Part shown: in pieces, positions 18,590 through 25,943 of the stretch
Position numbering within the stretch: position 1 is the first letter of the stretch
How the letters are laid out: every line of letters starts with the position of its first letter
Origin: a virus
Lineage: Duplodnaviria; Caudoviricetes
Length of the DNA: 55,589 bases
Virus record (IMG/VR): IMGVR_UViG_3300043400_000016
Coordinates: 1 to 55,589 of that record
Direction: 5' to 3' (one strand)
Translations under genes and position numbers: made by a program
Notes under the pieces: model-generated
Seen by the model: the letters and a program-made list of their open reading frames with translations, nothing else
Database searches by the model: none
Told to the model about the DNA's origin: nothing

Positions 18590-19360
18590 ATGCTTATTTC
18601 AGAATCGGCTCTTAAGAGCCTAAGAGCAAAGATTGCCGCTAGGAAGATCGGTTCGGGCAAGCCTGTAGCCGAAAGTCTTGCGACAATGGCCCGTAAAATG
18701 GTTCGCCAGAGCAAGCGCGAACAGCCCGTCAATAATACAGCGGACTCCGTAAAATCAGTTACGGTCGCCAACGGATCAGCTCACGCCAAGAACGTTTTTA
18801 AGTCTGGAAAGTCAAGTGCTGGTGCTAAGCACATGCGCGACTGCTGCAAAGTTGAATCAGCTACTGAACATGCCCGCAGTTACATTGAAAGTGTTGTTGA
18901 GGCTGTTGCGCTCCACGGCGTTGACGAAATTGACGCGGCCAAGCTATTTGAAGCTGCCCCAACCATGACTTCAACTGGTCTTGGTCAGTTTGCTGTTCAA
19001 GCTTTGTCCGCCATTGTTGAGAATGAAGTTCTCGCCAAGTCGTTCCTTGATATGGAACTGATTGAAAATACTGCCGTTATTTACTTCACCAAGCCCACTG
19101 TTGGGGCCAAGCTGAAGGACGAGATCGCCACTATCCTTGAATCGTTCGGAAAACCGGAAGTAATTGTCAATTTTGACGATGTCATCGGTGAAGGCCAGAA
19201 GTCTGAACTATTGGCTATTGGTCTCCCTCTCGTTGCTGAGAAGGCTGAATCTGTACTTGTTGGTGCCGCCGATGCTCTAGTTGAAGCAATGAAGAAGTCT
19301 AAGGAAAAGGAAGATAAGAAGGATAGTGACGACAAAGATGACACGAAAGCCTGCAAGTAA
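18590..19360 (+). CDS. putative prohead core/internal protein
   Basis: AGGAG RBS; ISES, VAES, YIES, VVEA, LFEA, ILES, LVEA motifs. Confidence 0.55.
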   Translation: MLISESALKSLRAKIAARKIGSGKPVAESLATMARKMVRQSKREQPVNNTADSVKSVTVANGSAHAKNVFKSGKSSAGAKHMRDCCKVESATEHARSYIESVVEAVALHGVDEIDAAKLFEAAPTMTSTGLGQFAVQALSAIVENEVLAKSFLDMELIENTAVIYFTKPTVGAKLKDEIATILESFGKPEVIVNFDDVIGEGQKSELLAIGLPLVAEKAESVLVGAADALVEAMKKSKEKEDKKDSDDKDDTKACK

Positions 19361-19421
19361 ACCTACCTGTTTGCACTAAAAGAATAAGCACAGACACTAA
19401 CCACAGATCAAGGATATCCCC

Positions 19422-20033
19422 ATGGGCACAGTCAATCACGCCATTCTAGAATCCTACGAGTTCTCGTATGGCTCCGCATTAAATCGAAATCCGCTATCGT
19501 TTGTCTTCGATAGCTCGAATGTAAATACCGTTCCGCTTCAGTTTGGTATTGAAAACATAGGCGTTGCTGGTGACTCCGCCTGCGCCGGACAGCTTGAAGA
19601 TTCAGCTGACGGTGTACTATGGACCACTGTCAGTAACTCGGCTTTCAACGTCGTTGTTGGTGGTACCGCGTCACTACAGCCAGTCGTACGCAAGTACGTG
19701 CGCCTATCGGCTACTGGTACGATCCTGACAACCGGCACTCTAGTCGGCGGTTCGCTCTACACCAATGGTACGTACACTAACGTCCCTCTTACCGGCGGCG
19801 TCGGTTCGGGTGCCCTGGCCACTATCGTTGTCTCTGGTGCCGCAGTTACTTCAGTTACTATTACCGCTGGTGGTTATGGATACGTTGCGGCCAATACTCT
19901 GTCAGCCGCTGCGTCAAGTATTGGTGGAACTGGTTCTGGTTTCTCGGTTAATGCCGCGACTGTAGCAGCTGGAGCCGGAGCGGGCACCATGATTGTTAAG
20001 CCGAAACCGAGCTTCGTACTGGTTCGCATCTAA
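19422..20033 (+). CDS. putative head decoration/virion protein with an inserted Gly/Thr-rich module
   Basis: QLEDSADGVLWT beta-sandwich motif; 73-aa module also present in the tail sheath. Confidence 0.6.
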   Translation: MGTVNHAILESYEFSYGSALNRNPLSFVFDSSNVNTVPLQFGIENIGVAGDSACAGQLEDSADGVLWTTVSNSAFNVVVGGTASLQPVVRKYVRLSATGTILTTGTLVGGSLYTNGTYTNVPLTGGVGSGALATIVVSGAAVTSVTITAGGYGYVAANTLSAAASSIGGTGSGFSVNAATVAAGAGAGTMIVKPKPSFVLVRI

Positions 20034-20043
20034 GATAGTGATC

Positions 20044-20316
20044 GTGAAAAACATCGCTGCCTTCTTGTTGGAGACTGTATCAACTCAAACAATGTTTGAG
20101 GCTGAAGGCAAGATCTCGGATAAGGCGGTGGCGATGTTCTATCCGCATCTCACAGCTCTTTCAAAACGTTTTGGAATAGAAGCTGAAAAAATCATACCCA
20201 TGTGGGAAATGATCTCTACGGAAGTGGAGCGGCTTTACCCAGATGACGCGGTAATGAAAAAGTTTATTCGGTCTACCATCATTATGATGTCTCATACTGG
20301 TGGGGCTAAAAAGTGA
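20044..20316 (+). CDS. hypothetical protein
   Basis: ORF track 19993-20316; GTG 20044 avoids overlap with the upstream gene. Confidence 0.55.
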   Translation: MKNIAAFLLETVSTQTMFEAEGKISDKAVAMFYPHLTALSKRFGIEAEKIIPMWEMISTEVERLYPDDAVMKKFIRSTIIMMSHTGGAKK

Positions 20317-20654
20317 GTAGAACGCTCCTGCTGCCGGAATCCCTTGACAATGAACCGGTGTTTGTTGTTACGTTTGACCGGTCTATGGATGAGTACTCTC
20401 TTGGTTTACGTAACGGTGCGACTTATCTACTCGGTAGCCATGATGACGCAGTTATGTACTTCACGAAGAAGCTAGCCAATTACAAGCTTCCACCATTCTG
20501 GGTAGACGATCTTGTTAACCGTGCCAACGCTTTCATTGCCGTACAAGCTGACCCAGAGTTCTTTTCTATAATCCAGTGCGATTTGCCGTCGTCAGTCACG
20601 GAATATGAAATTCTATTTCAGCGTACCAGTAAACTAACCGCAAACACTGTTTGA
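20313..20654 (+). CDS. hypothetical protein
   Basis: 113-aa ORF, GTGA overlap. Confidence 0.6.
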   Translation: MSRTLLLPESLDNEPVFVVTFDRSMDEYSLGLRNGATYLLGSHDDAVMYFTKKLANYKLPPFWVDDLVNRANAFIAVQADPEFFSIIQCDLPSSVTEYEILFQRTSKLTANTV

Positions 20655-20662
20655 GTTTCACT

Positions 20663-22135
20663 ATGTTTAATCCGATTCTGCTTATGGAAGGTCTTGACGC
20701 TGGCGATGCCGCTAGTCTTAAGTACATCACTGAATCGGGGGAGTCTCTTTCCCGTACTGTCCTTACTGACCGTGCTAAATTCATCAATGAGTCAGGCGAA
20801 GAGAAAAAAGATCCCAAAATCCTCTTCATAGAAGGCGTGTTCCAGCGTGCGGATACCAAGAATGCGAACGGACGCATCTATCCACGCAAATTGTGGGAAC
20901 GCATACTATCAGAAGACTCGTCTGCGATGCAGACCATGAAACAGGGGTCAATGGGGGGTCATATGGAGCACCCCGTAGACGGTATCCCTGATCTCAACAA
21001 GACAGCTATACGTATAGTGAGCATGAAGCTGGAAGAGGACGGCCGAGTTTTGGGGCGTGCCCAGATTATGGATACTCATTGTGGTAAGGATGCCCGCGCC
21101 CTTGTAGAAGGCGGATTCCTTGTCGGTATTTCCAGCCGTGGCCGTGGAAGCCTAGGGCCAGGGAACATAGTAAGTGACGACTACCAACTTGCTACCTTCG
21201 ACCTAGTAAGTAAACCAAGTACTTCTGGTGCTTACCCGACTAAACCGTCTGACGCCAAGAACGAATCAATAACAGAGTCAGCCCGGCAAAATACTGCCGT
21301 AAGTAAAACTCAGGAGCCAAGCATGTTCAATTTCGTAAAATTTGAGGCTTCTGCAAAGCCCCTCGTGGAACAGGATCTTACTGGTATTGCAGCCTACCAG
21401 ATTTCTGATCTGGAAGGGCGCATCCTTAACGCCATTGAGGAGGGTATCGCGGCGGTTAAATCCGACTCCAGCGTTACATCACTCGTCAATCCATTGATTG
21501 AATCTTTGAATAAGAAACGAGCAGAAATTAATGGCCGGGGTGCAGCGGAAGTTTCTGCCCTCAAGGAAGCGCTTGCAGATATGACCAAGCAGCGTGACGC
21601 AGCTATCGGTCTATGCGAATCGTTGACGGTAGAATTCTCTGCCCGTATTGAAGCTCTGATGGAATCAGTAACAGAGAAGGACACTTCTTCTACTGAGGGT
21701 AAGGACGACGAAACGAAAGAAGACTCTGCCGATATGGCAGAGGCGTTGGCAGAAGCTCTAGAGCTTGGCGAAGCCCTAAGAGAGGAGCGCGATTTTATTT
21801 CTGCTAAGTATGAATCATCTATTACTGTTATACAAAAACTGGTTGCCCCCAAGAAGACCACTGCCGTCCAGGAGTCGGTAGCCGGTCTGATTGCTAAGCA
21901 TCCAGTTCTCTCCGAGTCCAAGGATCTCCTTGAGTCTCAGGAGAGTGTCGAGAAGGCGCAGGAAGTGGCCGAGTCGATCATCAAGGCTAAGAAGACTGAC
22001 AATAAGGGCGAAACCCGTCCTCATGGTCTTGTCGTTGAAAGCACTGATGACGACTCCAGCAAGTCCGGCCTCTCAGAATCGGCTGAGAAGAAGAGCACCG
22101 GGCCGCTGCCCAAGTGCCTCCGCCTCCTAGCCTAA
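20663..22135 (+). CDS. prohead protease (T4 gp21-like) fused to scaffold (gp22-like)
   Basis: IEGVFQRAD.KNANGRIYP, G...HP, VGISSRG.GS, TFDLV..PST.GA; acidic coiled-coil C-terminal half. Confidence 0.9.
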   Translation: MFNPILLMEGLDAGDAASLKYITESGESLSRTVLTDRAKFINESGEEKKDPKILFIEGVFQRADTKNANGRIYPRKLWERILSEDSSAMQTMKQGSMGGHMEHPVDGIPDLNKTAIRIVSMKLEEDGRVLGRAQIMDTHCGKDARALVEGGFLVGISSRGRGSLGPGNIVSDDYQLATFDLVSKPSTSGAYPTKPSDAKNESITESARQNTAVSKTQEPSMFNFVKFEASAKPLVEQDLTGIAAYQISDLEGRILNAIEEGIAAVKSDSSVTSLVNPLIESLNKKRAEINGRGAAEVSALKEALADMTKQRDAAIGLCESLTVEFSARIEALMESVTEKDTSSTEGKDDETKEDSADMAEALAEALELGEALREERDFISAKYESSITVIQKLVAPKKTTAVQESVAGLIAKHPVLSESKDLLESQESVEKAQEVAESIIKAKKTDNKGETRPHGLVVESTDDDSSKSGLSESAEKKSTGPLPKCLRLLA

Positions 22136-22200
22136 TCTGATCGTCGGAAACCACTCCTAAACCAAAAAAGTAGGCAAAGACCTACAAGGACTATAAGATC

Positions 22201-23706
22201 ATGGATAAAGAAATTCTAGCAGAAGCTAAGCAAGAGTACCAGGGCAGTATCACCCGTGGTATGCAGCTTTGCCAAACCAAGATGGATGAGAGCCTTGGCG
22301 ATGACGCTGTGCTCAAGGCCAAAGGCTTTGCCCAGTTCTTCTCGGGCAAGCACTCGCTTGAAGAGGGCGTAGACTTTAAGAATTGGAAGCCAGCAAATCA
22401 GAAGAAGGCGGCTATCAGCGCCATCATCATGGAGAACACCCAAGAGTGGCTGCGCTCAATGGATGAAACTACCCGCGCACTCAATGTTGGCGGTTTCGTA
22501 GATTATCTCGTCCCGATGATTCGTGCTGCGTTCACTAATAATCCCATTATGGATCTTGTCTCGGTTCAGCCGATGACCCGCTCTTTGGGCCGAATTTTCT
22601 TCCTAAACTACGTCGTTGGGCAGACCAAGGGCAACCGTAACAAAGGCGACCGTGTGTTTGATGCGGTTCGTGGATACACTGGCGGTTCGACGTACACTGG
22701 CGAACAGATCACTGGCGAAAATGAGGCTGCAACTGTTAGCAGCACTACGTACACGGGACAGCTTAGCTATCTCCCTGCCCGTCGCGGTACGGTTACTATT
22801 TCCATTGATAATGGCACCAATCTAGTTGCTAGTGATAGTGGTAATGGCACGTTTACCAAGGTGTCCGGTACCAATACGATTTCTAGCAGCAGCATTGACT
22901 ACAACACCGGTACATACACCATTACCGTAGGAACTACTCTAGCCGCCGGCCTAGCTGTTACTGCTAACTATTCCTACGACAGCGAAGTCAGCACCAATAT
23001 CCCGCAGATTGATTTCCAGATCACTTCGACCGCCGTGCAGGCTATTCGCCGCGCTCTGCGCGTTCGCTACAGCACTGACGGCGCGTTTGACTACAAGCAG
23101 GAATTTGGCGAAGATGCTGACACCACTCTGACTCAGGGAGTTGCAGACCTTATCCGCGCTGAAGTTGCTCGTGAAGTTGTCGGTGATCTGTGGAGCGTGG
23201 CTGGTGCCCCGGTCACTACATTCTCGCTCGGTGTTCCAAGTGGTGTCAGTAAGGCTGAACACTTTGCGGATATTAAGCATGAGCTGTCGATTGCCGACAA
23301 TGCAATCTATGAGGCTACTCAGCGTGCCCACGGTAGCTGGATGATTTGCGACATTGCTGCCTCGTCAGTTATCCGCACTATCCCGGCCCCTGTGTTTGTC
23401 GAAGCTCCTATTGATAACCGTACTCAAGGTGTTCAGTACATCGGTAAGCTAAATGGGCTTGATGTTTATGTTGATCCAAAACTAACTGAGGGTGATGCAG
23501 CTGCTTCGACATACGGTAACATTCTCCTAGGTCACAAGGGCACTGAGTTCTGGGATGCCGGCTACGTCTATGCGCCGTACCAGCCGCTCATTTCGACGGT
23601 TGCTGTGACTCTGGATGACTTCGTTACCCGTAAGGGTCTTGCGACCAGATACGCGAAAAAGATAATTTCACCATCGATGTTTAAGAAAATCGCTCTTGGT
23701 GCGTAA
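22201..23706 (+). CDS. major capsid protein, T4 gp23-like
   Basis: AIIMEN, DLVSVQPMT...GRIFFL, AGYVYAPYQPL, F..RKGLATRYA. Confidence 0.95.
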   Translation: MDKEILAEAKQEYQGSITRGMQLCQTKMDESLGDDAVLKAKGFAQFFSGKHSLEEGVDFKNWKPANQKKAAISAIIMENTQEWLRSMDETTRALNVGGFVDYLVPMIRAAFTNNPIMDLVSVQPMTRSLGRIFFLNYVVGQTKGNRNKGDRVFDAVRGYTGGSTYTGEQITGENEAATVSSTTYTGQLSYLPARRGTVTISIDNGTNLVASDSGNGTFTKVSGTNTISSSSIDYNTGTYTITVGTTLAAGLAVTANYSYDSEVSTNIPQIDFQITSTAVQAIRRALRVRYSTDGAFDYKQEFGEDADTTLTQGVADLIRAEVAREVVGDLWSVAGAPVTTFSLGVPSGVSKAEHFADIKHELSIADNAIYEATQRAHGSWMICDIAASSVIRTIPAPVFVEAPIDNRTQGVQYIGKLNGLDVYVDPKLTEGDAAASTYGNILLGHKGTEFWDAGYVYAPYQPLISTVAVTLDDFVTRKGLATRYAKKIISPSMFKKIALGA

Positions 23707-23730
23707 TTTAAGTTACGTCTGAGTCGATTA

Positions 23731-23768
23731 AAGAGTCCAAGGTGTAACAGCCTTGGACTTTTTGTTTG
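23731..23768 (+). terminator. intrinsic terminator after MCP, possibly bidirectional
   Basis: AGTCCAAGG-TGTAACAG-CCTTGGACT followed by TTTTGTTT; A-rich flank on the other side. Confidence 0.8.
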
Positions 23769-23930
23769 GTAATTTGTGTAAGCAAACTCGCAAAATACTT
23801 ATTACATAGAAACTAACGTCGAACTTAGGCTTAGTTGGTATTGGGATTGCCCTGCGTGCGCCCACAGGAATATCGCAGGAGGCGATCACCTGGTTCCGGA
23901 GGATGAGTAGCTCTGCAAACAGTGTTTGAA

Positions 23931-24017
23931 TGGCGGAAACCAGTGGAGTTGAGCCACATCCCCGAAGGGACACTCCCGTTAGCAACGGGGTGCATACACC
24001 GGTATGCTTTGATTTCC
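23931..24017 (-). tRNA. tRNA-Ser(GCT)
   Basis: GGAAATC acceptor, loop TT-GCT-AA, long variable arm, GCCA end. Confidence 0.85.
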
Positions 24018-24022
24018 AAAAA

Positions 24023-24109
24023 TGGCGGAATGCGGAGTGATTGAAACCCTGGCCTAAGCCTCACCGCTTTTCAAGAGCGGGGCCACCTCCGGTGGTGACT
24101 ACACATTCC
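24023..24109 (-). tRNA. tRNA-Ser(TGA)
   Basis: CCGCT-CT TGA AA-AGCGG, long variable arm, GCCA end. Confidence 0.85.
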
Positions 24110-24119
24110 ATAAAATAAA

Positions 24120-24203
24120 TGCCCCTGGTCAGACTCGAACTGACACGATCTTTCGACCGGCGAGTTTTAAGCTCGCTGCGTGCTGCCTTTTCGCCACAGG
24201 GGC
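24120..24203 (-). tRNA. tRNA-Leu(TAA), no encoded CCA
   Basis: GCGAG-CT TAA AA-CTCGC, long variable arm, GTTCGAGTC T-loop. Confidence 0.9.
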
Positions 24204-24211
24204 ATTGGGCT

Positions 24212-24288
24212 TGGTACCCGAGGCGGGAATCGAACCCGCAAAATCCGATTTTTGAAATCGGCACATATACCAGTTCTGTTACTCGGGC
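24212..24288 (-). tRNA. tRNA-Leu(CAA), short variable loop
   Basis: CCGAT-TT CAA AA-ATCGG, GTTCGATTC, ACCA end; 77 nt. Confidence 0.85.
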
Positions 24289-24291
24289 AAA

Positions 24292-24373
24292 TGGTACCGC
24301 TGGCAAGACTCTAACTTGCACTGTATCTTCATGCTCAATGAAGCGACTCTACCGGGGTTTGGTCTACAGCGGC
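24292..24373 (-). tRNA. tRNA-Leu(GAG), atypical
   Basis: CTTCA-TT GAG CA-TGAAG; T-loop TTAGAGT; C at position 37; ACCA end. Confidence 0.75.
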
Positions 24374-24378
24374 ATAGA

Positions 24379-24463
24379 TGGTGAGAGATTATGGAATCGA
24401 ACCATGCGCCGTGAGGCAACGGGTTTACAGCCCGCCGAGCAACCACTGCTCTATGAATCTCCC
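24379..24463 (-). tRNA. tRNA-Tyr(GTA)
   Basis: GCGGG-CT GTA AA-CCCGT, long variable arm, ACCA end. Confidence 0.9.
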
Positions 24464-24466
24464 AAG

Positions 24467-24549
24467 TGGTACCGGTGACTGGACTCGAACCAGCACGTCT
24501 TTCGACGCTTGCTCCTAAAGCAAGTGTGTCTGCATTTCACCACACCGGC
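24467..24549 (-). tRNA. tRNA-Leu(TAG)
   Basis: CTTGC-TT TAG GA-GCAAG, long variable arm, ACCA end. Confidence 0.9.
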
Positions 24550-24593
24550 ATATCAACTTGAGCTACGCTATCGTGTTGTAAAGAACTCGGCTT

Positions 24594-24630
24594 AAACGAG
24601 AAGACCCCAGGCTTGTAGGCCCAGGGTCTT
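24594..24630 (-). terminator. attenuator terminator of the leftward tRNA operon
   Basis: Minus strand AAGACCCTGGGC-CTACAA-GCCTGGGGTCTT-CTCGTTT; 5' arm alternatively pairs with leader segment 24663-24677. Confidence 0.75.
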
Positions 24631-24657
24631 TCGATGAACATCAGATTACTCCAGATG

Positions 24658-24732
24658 CTAAGTCATCGAAAACCCTGTCGCCCGATAGAGCGAGGATAAC
24701 GACAGACTGAGCAATGAGAGCTTGCGGTTCAT
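24658..24732 (-). CDS. leader peptide of the Leu/Ser/Tyr tRNA operon (24 aa, not in ORF track)
   Basis: MNRKLSLLSLSLSSLYRATGFSMT*; 12 consecutive codons are Leu, Ser or Tyr. Confidence 0.85.
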   Translation of the reverse strand: MNRKLSLLSLSLSSLYRATGFSMT

Positions 24733-24742
24733 GGGAGAGCGA

Positions 24743-24770
24743 ACCGTAGCAGAGACTCGGCAACCGTCAA
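24743..24770 (-). promoter_or_regulatory. promoter of the leftward leader/tRNA operon
   Basis: TTGACG, 16 bp, TG-C-TACGGT (extended -10), ATG 10 nt downstream (near-leaderless). Confidence 0.65.
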
Positions 24771-24838
24771 CAACTTTTCCTAATAAGTGCTAAACACTCG
24801 TATTTTACCGTACTTTTAAGCAACTTCCAAGATTGTTG

Positions 24839-24867
24839 TTGACTCCTGTTTCCCGATCCGCTAGACA
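24839..24867 (+). promoter_or_regulatory. promoter of the rightward leader/tRNA operon
   Basis: TTGACT 24839-24844, 17 bp, TAGACA 24862-24867; ATG at 24882. Confidence 0.55.
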
Positions 24868-24881
24868 TAGTCTCATCAGCC

Positions 24882-25010
24882 ATGCGCCTTATCCCAGCCA
24901 CCACAGCGATCCACGCCGGTACGACCCAAAAAGTCGAACCCAAGGGTTTTGCATGCCAGCGCGGATTTGGGATTTGGAATCAGATGGATGAAGTGGGGCT
25001 TAACGTGTAA
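24882..25010 (+). CDS. leader peptide of the rightward tRNA operon (42 aa, not in ORF track)
   Basis: MRLIPATTAIHAGTTQKVEPKGFACQRGFGIWNQMDEVGLNV*; 18 amino-acid types, lacks only Ser and Tyr. Confidence 0.85.
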   Translation: MRLIPATTAIHAGTTQKVEPKGFACQRGFGIWNQMDEVGLNV

Positions 25011-25037
25011 GAGAGGACCATCCTCAAACCACACGTT

Positions 25038-25071
25038 AAGCCCTGGGCCAAAAGCCTAGGGCTTTTTCGTT
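25038..25071 (+). terminator. attenuator terminator of the rightward tRNA operon
   Basis: AAGCCCTGGGC-CAAAA-GCCTAGGGCTT-TTTCGTT; 25031-25043 is the exact complement of leader segment 24996-25008. Confidence 0.85.
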
Positions 25072-25210
25072 ATGGGCTGGAGATCGTGCAGACCCCAAGG
25101 GGCTAACCCGAGGCTTAACAGCCAGACCCAAGACGGTTGAAATTGCTTGTGATCTTGAAAAATCTATATTGTGGTTTGCCGGGGTTACCAAAAAGTTGGG
25201 ACCCCAACAT

Positions 25211-25285
25211 GTGTCCCTAGCTCAGCGGAAGAGCGTCTTCGTAACAGGGAGAGGGTCCGGGGTTCAATTCCCTGGGGACACACCA
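25211..25285 (+). tRNA. tRNA-Val(AAC), A34 anticodon
   Basis: GTGTCCC/GGGACAC acceptor, TCTTC-GT AAC AG-GGAGA, ACCA end. Confidence 0.8.
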
Positions 25286-25288
25286 GAA

Positions 25289-25359
25289 GTCAGAGATAGG
25301 AGTTCAAATCTCCTGTTACAAGCGAAAGCCGGTTTCTAGTTCAACGGTAGAACACTGAC
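25289..25359 (+). ncRNA. circularly permuted tRNA-like element (T arm before D arm)
   Basis: GTCAG-AGAT-AGGAG TTCAAAT CTCCT-...GC GAAA GC...-TA GTTC AACGGTA GAAC A-CTGAC. Confidence 0.6.
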
Positions 25360-25365
25360 GTTTAT

Positions 25366-25440
25366 TGCAGGATAGAGAAGCGGCATCTCAGGAGTTTCAT
25401 ACGCTCTAAGTCGTGGGTTCGAGTCCCACTCCTGCAACCA
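25366..25440 (+). tRNA. tRNA-Met(CAT), initiator-like D stem
   Basis: TGCAGGA/TCCTGCA, GGAGT-TT CAT AC-GCTCT, A11-T24 pair, ACCA end. Confidence 0.85.
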
Positions 25441-25483
25441 ATACTTTTCTTGACAGCGGGTCTCATAACCAGATACTCTGAGT

Positions 25484-25888
25484 ATGCCTATAAAAGACCC
25501 GATTGCCCGTCGTGAAAATCATAAACGGTATATGGTGCAGTATCTCTCGATTCCAAAAAATTATGCTAAGCACCTAGCCCGAGTAGCCCGGAACAAGAAG
25601 AGATACAGAAAGATTATAGATGATGCTTTAGACATCTTCAGGGCTACCGGTTGCTTAAATTGCGAAGAAAAAGAGCCGTGTGTTTTAGTAGCACACCACT
25701 TAGACCCTGATGAAAAGGAGTTTTCCATAGCTAAGATGAAGATGAGAAATATGTATAATGGTATCGCTGCTGAGCTAAAAAAGTGCGTGTGCTTATGTCA
25801 TAACTGCCACTTCAAGTACCATGCTGGAGTTATTGATATCCCGGGATTGCCGCCGGTAGTTGATAGAAAAATAGTTATGCCGAGTTAG
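25484..25888 (+). CDS. HNH endonuclease (free-standing homing type)
   Basis: CLNC...AHHLDP.EKEFSI...ELKKCVCLCHNCH. Confidence 0.85.
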   Translation: MPIKDPIARRENHKRYMVQYLSIPKNYAKHLARVARNKKRYRKIIDDALDIFRATGCLNCEEKEPCVLVAHHLDPDEKEFSIAKMKMRNMYNGIAAELKKCVCLCHNCHFKYHAGVIDIPGLPPVVDRKIVMPS

Positions 25889-25943
25889 TACAAGTGAAGA
25901 ACTTTATTGTTGATTGCTGCGGTTTTATGATTTACTTAATGCC

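Noticed and set aside
23830-23915. Hairpin downstream of tRNA-Ser(GCT) as SRP or 6S RNA
   Set aside because: Only one modest hairpin; SRP helix-8 motifs and a 6S-like long duplex are absent
23728-24478. ORF-track proteins over the leftward tRNA operon (and 26519-26776, 27529-28778 over the rightward one)
   Set aside because: They overlap well-formed tRNA genes and have no protein motifs; spurious frames
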